A DNA stretch of 64,000 bases from Bacteroidota bacterium (GTDB taxonomy: Bacteria > Bacteroidota > Ignavibacteria > UBA10030), in the NCBI GenBank assembly GCA_049522195.1, contig JBEKOB010000009.1, positions 1,953-65,952 of the forward strand. The letters run 5' to 3'. This document shows positions 1-9,282 of the stretch, piece by piece. Position numbers and translations under genes: made by a program. The notes under the pieces were generated by a model that saw only the letters and a program-made list of their open reading frames with translations, did not search any database and was not told the DNA's origin. How positions within the stretch are numbered: the first letter of the stretch is position 1; each line of letters begins with the position of its first letter.

Positions 1-502
1 TGATATGTTCGAAAATGCCTCCGCCGTGGGAGCTGATCAGCCCCATGCCGTCCGGAAGATGTGCATTCAGATAGTCGTACGCGAAGAAGTCGAATTCTTC
101 GATCGTCGGCCAGTGGATCCGTTCAAAGTCATCCCAGCCGGAAAGCGCGCTTTGATGCTCGTCAGCCCATTCCCTCGACTTTGGAGATCCGGGTGCCGCG
201 TCGGGTATGATAAGCTTGGATTCGGGGAACGGGAGGCTTTGCTCAAACCGAACGAAATCGTACCCCAGACGGTACCAGAACTCGATGAAGTTGTCGAGAT
301 ATGCTTGCTGCGAATCGCGATCCGATCCGAAAGCAACCCACTGCCGTCCCAGGAGATTCTCCACGATCGGCTTCATCACCACATCGTCGACGATGTACTC
401 GACAAGCGGCGTCCGGACTTGCGGCTTCCTCCCCATCAGGATGTCGATGAATTCTCCGGCGTCAGGTTTTGGACGAGCTAAGGGAATATGAGAGGTCAAC
501 AT
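1..502 (-). CDS. Uroporphyrinogen decarboxylase (URO-D)/MtaA-CmuA-like family protein, 5' part only (runs off the window start)
   Basis: Not in the ORF track. Manual translation from ATG at 502 is open to the edge: MLTSHIPLARPKPDAGEFIDILMG...FWYRLGYDFV...WADEH...WDDFERIHWP...LPDGMGLISSHGGGIFEHI. The WxDFExxxWP and GxFE pattern is typical of URO-D-like proteins. Confidence 0.7.
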   Translation of the reverse strand, partial: MLTSHIPLARPKPDAGEFIDILMGRKPQVRTPLVEYIVDDVVMKPIVENLLGRQWVAFGSDRDSQQAYLDNFIEFWYRLGYDFVRFEQSLPFPESKLIIPDAAPGSPKSREWADEHQSALSGWDDFERIHWPTIEEFDFFAYDYLNAHLPDGMGLISSHGGGIFEHI

Positions 503-580
503 TGTTTTCTGGTCAAGTTTCTCCTGCTGCCTGCTGCACCCTGCCTTCTGTCAGCTGAATGCGGCACGCACCTTCTCCAA

Positions 581-1324
581 TCAGTCAATGTATCCAACAT
601 AGAAGAAGGCTCTTCCCTGGAATTCATTCTCGTGGTCGATGCAATCAATTTCTCTGCATTCGGAATGTGCGAGGCCGAATGCTCTTGTGAGCTGCTCGGA
701 ATTCTCAAAGAATTGAGTGTGATAATTCTCAGCGTAAAGACGGAACTTCTGTTTCGGTGTCAGCACAACTACCTTCTTTCTGGCGATTCGTTTCAATTCC
801 ATTGTAGCCTTCGAGAGGTCCTTGACATGCTCAAGCGTATGGCAGCAGGTAACGTAATCGAACGATTTGTCCGGGAAAGGAAGTGCTTCCGCAAATCCTT
901 CGCGCCATTGGACCGTCAGATGTTCCTTGTCAGCCCTCTCCTTCGCGCGACTCAAAGCTTCTGAACTGACATCGACTCCGGTGACATCGAACCCTTCCCT
1001 CGCGAGCCGGAGAGCCAGCGTCCCGATCCCTGCCCCCACCTCAGCGACAGAGCCCCTGAGACCAAGAGCGCCAAGGATCAATTCAGCATCGGTATCTTCG
1101 ACACAGTCGTTGTTCCTGTGCTTCCAAGCCTCGTTATAAGCCCGCTTCCATTCGTCTTCTGTAAGCATGTGGTACTTCTTTCTCCAATCGACGTCGAACC
1201 AGCTTCCGTATTTTCTGGCCAATGTTCGTCGTGCAAACAAACGCTGGTTGATCGCGCTCAGTGCCTCCCGTAGCGGATCTGGCAAAAGAGATTTGAGCCG
1301 TATGTATGTCGTCCGGATGCTCAT
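581..1324 (-). CDS. Class I SAM-dependent methyltransferase
   Basis: Motif I EVGAGIG, GVDVS, AEALPFPDKSFDYV, HTLEH. Confidence 0.85.
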   Translation of the reverse strand: MSIRTTYIRLKSLLPDPLREALSAINQRLFARRTLARKYGSWFDVDWRKKYHMLTEDEWKRAYNEAWKHRNNDCVEDTDAELILGALGLRGSVAEVGAGIGTLALRLAREGFDVTGVDVSSEALSRAKERADKEHLTVQWREGFAEALPFPDKSFDYVTCCHTLEHVKDLSKATMELKRIARKKVVVLTPKQKFRLYAENYHTQFFENSEQLTRAFGLAHSECREIDCIDHENEFQGRAFFYVGYID

Positions 1325-1431
1325 CGTGTAGTTTGGTGTGAGTGAACCTAGTGAGACATTGCCTGAATTTCAAGGTGGGAGAGGGCTCCTCGTTTCCAGA
1401 TACCTTCCGGAATGAGGGGCTCCAAAATGCA

Positions 1432-1461
1432 GAAAGCCCGACGATTAAACGGTCGGGCTTG
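1432..1461 (-). terminator. Probable intrinsic terminator after the glutathione peroxidase gene
   Basis: Inverted repeat AAGCCCGAC...GTCGGGCTT, followed by a short T run on the minus strand. Confidence 0.6.
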
Positions 1462-1494
1462 TCATCTTCTGCGGATTGTAATCGGCTCGCCTGG

Positions 1495-2076
1495 CTATGT
1501 TCCCTGGCCAAGCAGGGACTCAACTTTCTCGATGAACGCCTTGTCGGTGGGCTTGACCCGTGACGGGAACATCGCAACAATGTTGCCATCCTTGTCGACG
1601 AGGTACTTCTGGAAATTCCATTTCACGTCGCCGGGGAATGGGGACTCTTTTGTTATGTAGCGATACAGCGGGTGCTGATCATCCCCCTTCACACTAATCT
1701 TCGAAAACAGATCAAACGTGACAGAGTAATTCGTTTGACAGAATGTCTTGATTTCCTGATTAGATCCCGGCTCCTGTTCACCGAAATTATTGGCGGGGAA
1801 AGCGAGTATGCGAAATCCCTTATCCTTATATTTTTCGAATACCTCCTCGAGGTCTTTGTACTGAGGAGTGAATCCGCACTGTGATGCTACATTGACGACG
1901 AGCAAGACTTCCCCCTTGTAATCGGCAAGGGACTTCTCTTTGCCATCAATGGTTTTCATTGTGAAATCGTAAATGCTCTTCTTGTCCACAGCTGTTTGCT
2001 CCTTTGGCTGCGAAACGAGCACCGATGAGAAAAGAATCAGGAGTATGAATGAAAAGAAATAGCTGGTCCGCATCAT
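1495..2076 (-). CDS. Glutathione peroxidase family protein (Cys type) with N-terminal signal peptide
   Basis: VNVASQCGFTPQY, LAFPANNFGEQEPG, KWNFQKYLVD; hydrophobic N-terminus. Confidence 0.93.
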   Translation of the reverse strand: MMRTSYFFSFILLILFSSVLVSQPKEQTAVDKKSIYDFTMKTIDGKEKSLADYKGEVLLVVNVASQCGFTPQYKDLEEVFEKYKDKGFRILAFPANNFGEQEPGSNQEIKTFCQTNYSVTFDLFSKISVKGDDQHPLYRYITKESPFPGDVKWNFQKYLVDKDGNIVAMFPSRVKPTDKAFIEKVESLLGQGT

Positions 2077-2189
2077 GGTGTCGTCTCCGTTCTAGTGTGA
2101 TATTGGCAACAGGTACTGAACGTAGACTATAACACCGTGATCACGGAACTAGTTTCCCTACTGGAGGGGATGAAAGGTCCGCACTGCAA

Positions 2190-2393
2190 TCAGGAGGAAA
2201 CCGATGCAGGCGCTTCCGGGACGATCACCCAGGCAATGATATACCCGACAATAAACGGTATGATGCCGGTGACGATACAACCAAGGACCGTAGCAAGCCT
2301 TACCACTGTCGGATCGACATTCAGGTATTCACCCAATCCTCCACAAAGACCAGCAATCTTCTTGTCCGTATGGGATCGATATAGTCGTTTCAT
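2190..2393 (-). CDS. PspC domain protein
   Basis: [32 protein letters not shown]...[10 protein letters not shown]; start chosen at ATG 2393 after GGAG. Confidence 0.9.
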   Translation of the reverse strand: MKRLYRSHTDKKIAGLCGGLGEYLNVDPTVVRLATVLGCIVTGIIPFIVGYIIAWVIVPEAPASVSS

Positions 2394-2409
2394 GGTTTCT
2401 CCAAGGATG

Positions 2410-3213
2410 TTATCGCTCAATCAGCCGTACTTCACCCCGGTCCGTTTTTATGCGCAGCAGAGGTCCTCCTCCATTGATTGATGTCTGCATGTCGTACCCT
2501 CTGCGTCTGCCGTTGCCGCGATCTCGCACGCGCTCGAAATCTGAAGTCAGTTGTGCGTGCCTCCCCAGATTCGCCTCAAGATCAAAGCCCTTCCCCTTGG
2601 GAATGCTTATTTCAATTTCGCCTTTATATGTCTCCACCCTCGACCGTTCCATCAGATTCAAAAATCCGACTTTTGCCTCCCCTTTGTACGTCTTCAGGTC
2701 GAGGGCACCGGAGAGCCGACCGATAGCAACGTCGCCTTTATAGGTGTCGAGATCCACATCTCCCTGGAGGTCGTCGATCGTCGTCTTCGACTTGTAGTCC
2801 TTGATCGTCACCCGGGTTGTCCTCGGAACCTTGATCGTGTAATGGACAAATGGAAGCGCGTCCGAGTTATCGCCGAACAAACCGAGGAATCCATGATGCC
2901 TTCGCCTGGCACGATCATAATCGGTCTTGATGTGCGCGGAACTCGACGATAGGTCGACCCGGATTTCCGTATCCTGAACTTGTTCACGCGCGTCGCGATC
3001 ACCTCCATCCGCTTCAATCACTGCATGAATATCGATTTCCGATTTGTCCCACGGGAGGATGTCAATGCTTCCTTTGTACGTGTCAACGTAGATTCGGCCT
3101 TTCGGCCCAAAAGACCCTGACTTGTTAACCTCCCGCGTATCCTGCGCAAACACGGACGAGACAAGAGCCAGGGCGAGAATCAGAACTGGGAAAAGAAGAT
3201 TCGACGTTTTCAT
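2410..3213 (-). CDS. Secreted DUF4097/toastrack (putative adhesin) beta-repeat protein
   Basis: Signal peptide, repeated xTYKGxI/V strands, C-terminal [17 protein letters not shown]. Confidence 0.75.
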   Translation of the reverse strand: MKTSNLLFPVLILALALVSSVFAQDTREVNKSGSFGPKGRIYVDTYKGSIDILPWDKSEIDIHAVIEADGGDRDAREQVQDTEIRVDLSSSSAHIKTDYDRARRRHHGFLGLFGDNSDALPFVHYTIKVPRTTRVTIKDYKSKTTIDDLQGDVDLDTYKGDVAIGRLSGALDLKTYKGEAKVGFLNLMERSRVETYKGEIEISIPKGKGFDLEANLGRHAQLTSDFERVRDRGNGRRRGYDMQTSINGGGPLLRIKTDRGEVRLIER

Positions 3214-3264
3214 CGGGAGGAGTCCTTCACTGTCAGGAAATGAGGAGTAAAGCATACGTCTCCC

Positions 3265-3291
3265 TACGAGTTCGGAACAATGGAAGTTTCA
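3265..3291 (-). promoter_or_regulatory. Candidate ECF (SigW-like) promoter
   Basis: Minus strand TGAAAC-N17-CGTA about 50 nt upstream of the DUF4097-pspC pair. Confidence 0.5.
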
Positions 3292-3333
3292 CATCAGACC
3301 GCCAGGATTTGGGAGAGAGCGATGAAAACGGAG

Positions 3334-3813
3334 TCAGAATTTCAGGTCTTTGCCCGTCCTGAGTTTCGTGATATAAATAATCTGACCGACATGAAGAGCG
3401 AAATGTTCGAGGACGACCGAGAGGACTTCAAAGATGGACCTGTCACGATCCTGAATTCTGGTTTTGTCGAGGAGGCGCGCCGGATCGAGCCGGGCCAGCG
3501 TCCGATCCGTCTCAAGAAGCGCATCGTTCAATCTGCGGAGGAGGTCATCTTTCGAAATCTGCTGGCGCTCAGAGAATTCGTGCGGTTTGTTCCTGGTATC
3601 CGGAGCCCCACCGATTCCCGCCAGAACGAATTGGTTCAGGTTTCCTGTGAGATGCAACAAAAGGTTGCCAACGCTGTTGTTGGTTTCATGCTCCCGCCAC
3701 CAGATGTCGTTGTTCGAGAGCTCTTCCACGCAGCACTGAAGGCGCGGCCCGTAGTGGCTCAAGAGTCGAAACCGGCACCATTCGATATATGATTTTCCCA
3801 GGTCGTCACTCAT
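3334..3813 (-). CDS. DinB/DUF1572 family protein
   Basis: NSVGNLLLHLTGNL, RxxxxEF, EHFALHVGQIIYITK. Confidence 0.85.
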   Translation of the reverse strand: MSDDLGKSYIEWCRFRLLSHYGPRLQCCVEELSNNDIWWREHETNNSVGNLLLHLTGNLNQFVLAGIGGAPDTRNKPHEFSERQQISKDDLLRRLNDALLETDRTLARLDPARLLDKTRIQDRDRSIFEVLSVVLEHFALHVGQIIYITKLRTGKDLKF

Positions 3814-4237
3814 TGCTCAGATCTACCCTCCTCATTTGTTTCTTTTTGCTGTGTTTCTTCTTTGCCTGAACCCGACGCTCCTTTGAACCGCGAGTAGGCG
3901 CTGTCTTGACCCGTTTCTTTCTGACTCGTAATGCTGAACGCAGGAGAACCGCGAGTTTTTCGATGACGATCTGCTTGTTTTCCCACTGACTTCTCGACTT
4001 CTGGGAACTGATATGCAGAATTCCTTCCGCATCAATTCTCGAAGCCAGAACCGACAGGATAATGTTTTTCTGGTCGTCACTCAACGATGGCGAGTGGGCA
4101 ACATCAAACATCAGCTCAACGCGCGTTTCCAGTTTGTTTACATTTTGTCCCCCGGGTCCTCCGCTGCGTGAAGTGCGAAATCGCAACTCCGCAGGTGGGA
4201 TGTTGACCAGGGGATGTATGTGGTGGACCGAGTTCAC
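3806..4237 (-). CDS. arfB: Alternative ribosome-rescue peptidyl-tRNA hydrolase ArfB (YaeJ)
   Basis: RSGGPGGQNVNK, RSQWEN, basic C-terminal tail (PTRGSKERRVQAKKKHSKKKQMR). Confidence 0.95.
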   Translation of the reverse strand: MNSVHHIHPLVNIPPAELRFRTSRSGGPGGQNVNKLETRVELMFDVAHSPSLSDDQKNIILSVLASRIDAEGILHISSQKSRSQWENKQIVIEKLAVLLRSALRVRKKRVKTAPTRGSKERRVQAKKKHSKKKQMRRVDLSNE

Positions 4238-4265
4238 TGAGCGATATTCTCGAGGTTTGGCATGT

Positions 4266-6290
4266 TTAATGTGAGGCCATATTCCGGCCTAAATGCAGGT
4301 TGAACCATGCTATCATACGTTGACCGATATCCTGAATGAATTTTGGCTCCTGGGGGCCGTGGGGCGTGCGCGGATAGACGATCATCTCCGTGGGACAACC
4401 TTGACGGCGAAGGGCATGGTAGAATTCGTATCCCTGCGACGTCGGCACACGAACATCACTCAAGCCGTGAATGACCTGCGTCGGAGTTGTGACTCCTTTC
4501 ACGTTGAACACAGCTGAATGCTTGATGTACGCGGCCTGGCGATCCCAGAACTCACCTCCGAAATACGAGGGAAGAAAACTCAAGATGTCAGATGTCCCCG
4601 TGAAGCTGACAAGGTCGGTGACGCCTGCACCGACACTCGCCGCTTTGAATCGCTTCGTGCGCGTCACTGTGAACGATGTCATGTAACCACCGTAACTCCA
4701 GCCGCAGATGATCAGACTGTCCGGGTGAGCAATTCCCATGGCGATCACCTTGTCGACTCCCGACTGGTCGTCTTCGTAGTCCCCGAAGCCCCAATCATTG
4801 ATGTTGCCCCGCCGGAACTCAGCACCATACCCGCTGCTTCCCCGCGGGTTTGGACGAAGGACAGCATACCCTTGCTGCGCGAGAGCCTGAATCGGATAGA
4901 TACTTCCGGCCGCGGTGTAGGTTTGTGTATAGACGCCAGCCGGACCACCATGCACATTGAGTATGAGAGGATATTTTCTCCCTTTCTCGTAGTTCATCGG
5001 ATACGTCAGGAGACCTTCGATCTCTTTTCCGTCACTCGACTTCCAACGGATGACTTCTGTTTTCGCAATCGGCAACTTTGGGACATCTGCGTAGACCTGA
5101 GTGAGCTTCTTTGGCTCAAATGTTTTCACGCTGGCGACATGGATTTCCGGAGGTGCTTCGCACGATTGATAGATGAATGCGATCATGCTTCCTTCTGCAT
5201 CGAATGATGCACCAGAGAAATTGCCTTCACCAGTCGTCACGATTCTTGGTTTCGAACCATCAAGAGGAACGCACAACACCCGGTTCACCGTTCGATCCGT
5301 TTCGGTCACAAATACCGCTTTCCCATCGCCTGACCAGGCCACGATTCCGAAACTCCGGTCCGGTGTTTCGGCAAGTTTTTTCGGTTCGCCGCCCCCCGAA
5401 GGAATAACGTAGAGATCGTAAGCTTGTGCCCAACTTGTATTTCCATTGTCCGATGCAAACGCGATCCACTTGCCGTCGGGCGAGTAAAGGGGCGACGAGT
5501 CCGATCCTTTCCATTTGACCAAAGGCTTCACAGCTCCGCTATCCGAAGGGACAGTGGATATGTCGGTCGTCGGCCAGTCATCAACCGAAGGGGTTTGCTG
5601 ATGCGCAAAGACGATCGTATTGCCATCGGGAGCCCAGTTGAATGAGGTGATGTGGAAACTTCCGTGTGTGAGTTGCTTGACCTTTCTCTTTCCTTGTGCG
5701 TCCGCAGCTACGGGGATGGTGTAGAGGTGAAAGTACTTGAGAATGGCATCCTCAACGATCATGTCACGTTTCTCTTTTTTCGCCTTTTCTTCCTGTTCAG
5801 TATCAGGATCGCTCATTGTAAAAGCGATGCGTTTGGAGTCCAGCGACCATGCGTAGGAGTTCACACCAGGCTTGGCTTCTGTCAATTGCTCGGCCTCTCC
5901 TCCGGTCATCCTCATCATCCAGACCTGGTTCTTTCCGGTTGATCCGCGGGAGGAAAGAAACGCAAGACATTTTCCGTCGGGAGAAAATGACGGATTTGTA
6001 CACGATTTCTCGCCATACGTAAACTGATAGTCAGATTTACTATCCACCGACACGACCCAAATATGCGTCAGGAACTCCGATTTCTCCCCTTCCATCATCG
6101 GCATTGATACGGTGTAGGCAATCCACTTCCCGTCCGGCGAAAGTGACGTTCCTCCAATGCGCTTGATCCTGATCATGACCTCAGGAGTCCACCCTTTTGG
6201 GGCCTCCTGGGAGAAGGCAAGTTCGGCAACCAGAAAAGTGAAAAGAAGAATCGCACAAAATCTCTGGAAAAGGCGTGGCGAGTAAGTCAT
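4266..6290 (-). CDS. S9 family peptidase (dipeptidyl/acylaminoacyl-peptidase-like) with beta-propeller, secreted
   Basis: Signal peptide, SPDGK repeats, VHGGP, GWSYGG nucleophile, DVRVP, catalytic His in TPHG. Confidence 0.92.
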   Translation of the reverse strand: MTYSPRLFQRFCAILLFTFLVAELAFSQEAPKGWTPEVMIRIKRIGGTSLSPDGKWIAYTVSMPMMEGEKSEFLTHIWVVSVDSKSDYQFTYGEKSCTNPSFSPDGKCLAFLSSRGSTGKNQVWMMRMTGGEAEQLTEAKPGVNSYAWSLDSKRIAFTMSDPDTEQEEKAKKEKRDMIVEDAILKYFHLYTIPVAADAQGKRKVKQLTHGSFHITSFNWAPDGNTIVFAHQQTPSVDDWPTTDISTVPSDSGAVKPLVKWKGSDSSPLYSPDGKWIAFASDNGNTSWAQAYDLYVIPSGGGEPKKLAETPDRSFGIVAWSGDGKAVFVTETDRTVNRVLCVPLDGSKPRIVTTGEGNFSGASFDAEGSMIAFIYQSCEAPPEIHVASVKTFEPKKLTQVYADVPKLPIAKTEVIRWKSSDGKEIEGLLTYPMNYEKGRKYPLILNVHGGPAGVYTQTYTAAGSIYPIQALAQQGYAVLRPNPRGSSGYGAEFRRGNINDWGFGDYEDDQSGVDKVIAMGIAHPDSLIICGWSYGGYMTSFTVTRTKRFKAASVGAGVTDLVSFTGTSDILSFLPSYFGGEFWDRQAAYIKHSAVFNVKGVTTPTQVIHGLSDVRVPTSQGYEFYHALRRQGCPTEMIVYPRTPHGPQEPKFIQDIGQRMIAWFNLHLGRNMASH

Positions 6291-6482
6291 CGAAGCCTCC
6301 TTCGTTGGACGGTGGAACTGAGAATGAATGTAACGAAAGCTTGATAGAACCGAAAGAAGAGGGCCAGTCAGGGGAACAAAATGGAAGAAGGGGCCGAAGT
6401 ATCTGTCCCTGGCGGAACATCCGCGTTCATCGCCTACGGGTGATTGCGTGCTGCCGATGGGTTGAATTCCTAGATCGAGTAG

Positions 6483-7448
6483 TCAGACGATCAGAAGCTT
6501 GCCATCACGCATGATCATCCTGTCGTCGAACCAGACCGTAGGACTCTTGACGAGGCCGTCAAGATGACTGGCGACGCGAACGTTTCCACCCATGGACTTA
6601 TTGTCGCCGAACGCGATGTGGATGGTCCCCATGACCTTCTCGTCTTCGATGATCAACCCTGTGAGAATAGCTTTATCGTTGGTCCCGATGCCAAACTCCG
6701 CAACGTTTCGCGCATCATTTCCGTGGGGCTCGAGCAACGCGAGGAGGCGCGCAGCTTCTGCTCCACCCTTGATATCGGTTGCGTAACCATCTTTCACCGT
6801 CATCGTGATAGGATCATTCACCATTCCGACCCCGGCCATCGATCCGTCGACCACAACGATCCCCTGCGATTGACCTTCGAGTGGAGCCAGGTACGATTCA
6901 CCTGTCGGGAGGTTTCCCCAGAGTCCTTTCTCACGAAAGAGCCCGGAGCTCGCATGGGCTTCCCGACCTTTGATCGGCATCGTGATATCGGTTCCACCCG
7001 GTGCTTTGACGCGGACGACGGACGTTTTTTCCATCTCGCGGCACAGACGAAATGTTCGCTCCGCGATCTTGTTATAATCCGCGTTCATGCAGCGAACCAT
7101 GATTTCTTCGGTGACCCCAGGAAGGGTTGCGACTCGAACTCCTTTCGCGCTTGCCGCGCGTCGCGAGTCAGTATGCGTCAATGACTTGGAGGTCGGACAA
7201 AGCACCACGTCCACCATCTTCATCAGTTCGGCAACCTCGGCGGGTGGTTCCTCCCCATTTGTTTTCCGTGGGAGCATCTCGACGATCATGACTTCGGTCC
7301 CCAGATCCTTTGCGGCCTTCCAGAGAGCATACCCGATCGTCCGGAGCGGTTCGTCCGTAACAATCAGAACCCTTTCACCGGGCTTGGAGCCCATGCAATC
7401 GCGAACGGCGATCTGCGCGGCGGAATAGAGTTGGGCTGAGATGTTCAT
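6483..7448 (-). CDS. Aminopeptidase, M29/aminopeptidase-T-like
   Basis: NLPTGE, AEFGIGTN, EDEKVMGTIHIAFGDN, HLDG. Confidence 0.8.
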   Translation of the reverse strand: MNISAQLYSAAQIAVRDCMGSKPGERVLIVTDEPLRTIGYALWKAAKDLGTEVMIVEMLPRKTNGEEPPAEVAELMKMVDVVLCPTSKSLTHTDSRRAASAKGVRVATLPGVTEEIMVRCMNADYNKIAERTFRLCREMEKTSVVRVKAPGGTDITMPIKGREAHASSGLFREKGLWGNLPTGESYLAPLEGQSQGIVVVDGSMAGVGMVNDPITMTVKDGYATDIKGGAEAARLLALLEPHGNDARNVAEFGIGTNDKAILTGLIIEDEKVMGTIHIAFGDNKSMGGNVRVASHLDGLVKSPTVWFDDRMIMRDGKLLIV

Positions 7449-7469
7449 CGTAGTGCTCTGTGGTAATGC

Positions 7470-7503
7470 GCAAGAAGTGAGACGTGAGAGGTGAGATGTG
7501 GGG
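7470..7503. repeat. Heptamer tandem tract (GTGAGAN), left arm of the four-helix-bundle cassette
   Basis: GCAAGAA GTGAGAC GTGAGAG GTGAGAT GTGGGG. Confidence 0.8.
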
Positions 7504-7510
7504 CTCTCGC

Positions 7511-7870
7511 CTAGCTTTCCTTCTTGAATCGGATGAGCCCGCTCAGCAAGCCGTCAACTTGGTTTAATTGATTCAGCACGCGAGACATTTGTGTCGAATC
7601 CAACAGATTGAGGACCTTGCAGAGTTCAAGCTGTGTATCAAGTTCGCTGAGTGATCCGCGTGCTATTGAGTAGAACTGAATAGATTCCTTTTTGCTCTGT
7701 CTCGCAGCACCCTCCGCGATGTTGCTTGGGACTGATATCGCTGCCCTCCGCATCTGAGACACGAGTCCAAATCGCTCCTCTGCAGGGAGTGAAGCGGTGG
7801 CTTCGTAGACCATTTTCACGAGAATAATTGCTTCCTTCCAGGCGTTAAGCTTCTTGTGTGCTTTTTCCAC
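7511..7870 (-). CDS. Four helix bundle protein (23S rRNA intervening-sequence protein family)
   Basis: HKKLNAWKEA, LPAEERFGLVSQMRRAAISVPSNIAEGAAR, ARGSLSELDTQL; GTG at 7870 preferred, TTG at 7885 possible. Confidence 0.93.
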   Translation of the reverse strand: MEKAHKKLNAWKEAIILVKMVYEATASLPAEERFGLVSQMRRAAISVPSNIAEGAARQSKKESIQFYSIARGSLSELDTQLELCKVLNLLDSTQMSRVLNQLNQVDGLLSGLIRFKKES

Positions 7871-7896
7871 AGTATCCACCTTCAAAAGGTCATTCC

Positions 7897-7924
7897 ATCT
7901 AACATCTCACTTCTCCCTTCTCAC
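7897..7924. repeat. Heptamer tandem tract, inverted right arm of the four-helix-bundle cassette
   Basis: ATCTAAC ATCTCAC TTCTCCC TTCTCAC, the reverse complement of GTGAGAN units. Confidence 0.75.
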
Positions 7925-7955
7925 GCTTTTCCGAATACCGTCTTTCGCTGACGAT

Positions 7956-9257
7956 TCATTTCCCTCCGGCTTTGATTGTTTCTAATCCATGGGCATTTGG
8001 CCCGCTTTCGTTGCGGCGGAGCAGGAAGGCAAAGAGGAAACCAAAGAGTCCAAGCGAAGAGAAGATCCACATGCCGAGCGAATAGCCACCAGGGTTCGTC
8101 GCACTTGCACCTGTATAATCATTTGCCCAGCCAATGAGGAAATTGAATCCGGCGAGGCCAATGTTTTGTATCAAGGTCATTAACCCATACGCCGTTCCAA
8201 GCTTCGACTGATCGACGAGGTAACTGACAGACGGCCACATGATGGCAGGGATGAGCGAGAATGCTACTCCCATCATCGCCATCGGGACAAAGAGAGAGAT
8301 GTGCGTATAGGCCATGATCAGATAGACAGGCGTCAACAGAATTGAGCCAAACATCATGAACAACGATCGTTTCCCGACACGATCGACAAGCAGGCCGAAA
8401 AGCGGTGTCGCAACCATAGCAAACGCCGTCAACATACTCGAGAGGAAGCCGCCCATTTCGCGGGAGGTGCCATGGGCTTCAATGAAGAATTTGACCGCGA
8501 ATGTCTGGAATGGGAAAATACCAGAGTAAAACGTGATGCAGAGTGCTACGATATACCAGTAGGATGTCCCGAAATTGAACACGTCCCGCCATTTTACTTT
8601 GTCAGTTTCACCAGCCACACCAATCTGATACTTTTCTTCTGCACGGCTTTCAAGGATCCAGTAGATAAGCGCCCCGATCACGCACACCACACCAAACACA
8701 ATGGTGATCAGGAGGGGGCCACGCCAGTGCTCATAGTAGCTCGCTGCCCACGAGGGAGAATTCAGAGCAGCAAATGAACCGAGGCGGGCAATCGTGAGAT
8801 TGATACCGAAGGCAAAGCTGAGTTCCTTCCCCTTGAACCATTTGGCGATGGCAGTTGTGACGGCCACGATCAGTGATTCAGCCCCAAGCCCGAACACAAG
8901 CCGGCCCGCGGCCATGACTGTCAGCGTATCACTCAGAGCCGTGATGACTGCTCCGAGCAGACAGAGCACTGCAAAGATGAACGTCGATTTCTTCGTCCCC
9001 AGCCTGTCGATGATAAACCCGCCGATCAAGACCATGAAGATATTCGGGACGCTGTAGATTCCCTGGAGCAACCCGATATCCGAGTCGGTAAAGTGCAGCT
9101 GTTTCACAAGAACATCCGCCAGTGGACTGATAGCGTCATAAATATAGTAATTGCCGAACATCGCCAGACTGATGAACACCAGCACAATCCAGCGAACGAG
9201 GCGAGGTGGTTGAGGTTTGGAAGATCCTCCGGCAAGAAATGGGTTAGGTTCTGTCAT
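7956..9257 (-). CDS. MFS transporter, MFSD1-like
   Basis: About 12 hydrophobic segments; motif A (GGFIIDRLGTK, GLLVDRVGKR); FGNYYIYD, GRLVFGLGAESL, WFKGKELSFAFG, GTAYG. Confidence 0.9.
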   Translation of the reverse strand: MTEPNPFLAGGSSKPQPPRLVRWIVLVFISLAMFGNYYIYDAISPLADVLVKQLHFTDSDIGLLQGIYSVPNIFMVLIGGFIIDRLGTKKSTFIFAVLCLLGAVITALSDTLTVMAAGRLVFGLGAESLIVAVTTAIAKWFKGKELSFAFGINLTIARLGSFAALNSPSWAASYYEHWRGPLLITIVFGVVCVIGALIYWILESRAEEKYQIGVAGETDKVKWRDVFNFGTSYWYIVALCITFYSGIFPFQTFAVKFFIEAHGTSREMGGFLSSMLTAFAMVATPLFGLLVDRVGKRSLFMMFGSILLTPVYLIMAYTHISLFVPMAMMGVAFSLIPAIMWPSVSYLVDQSKLGTAYGLMTLIQNIGLAGFNFLIGWANDYTGASATNPGGYSLGMWIFSSLGLFGFLFAFLLRRNESGPNAHGLETIKAGGK

Positions 9258-9282
9258 AGCCTGAGTTTAAGAAATGGGGAGT

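Noticed and set aside
5-964. Plus-strand ORFs 5..481 and 488..964
   Set aside because: Antisense shadows of the URO-D-like and methyltransferase genes; no motifs.
1495-2076. Selenocysteine recoding in glutathione peroxidase
   Set aside because: The active-site codon encodes Cys; there is no in-frame TGA.
7511-7870. Diversity-generating retroelement (Avd-like protein) or rRNA intervening sequence
   Set aside because: No reverse transcriptase, TR/VR pair or rRNA in the window.
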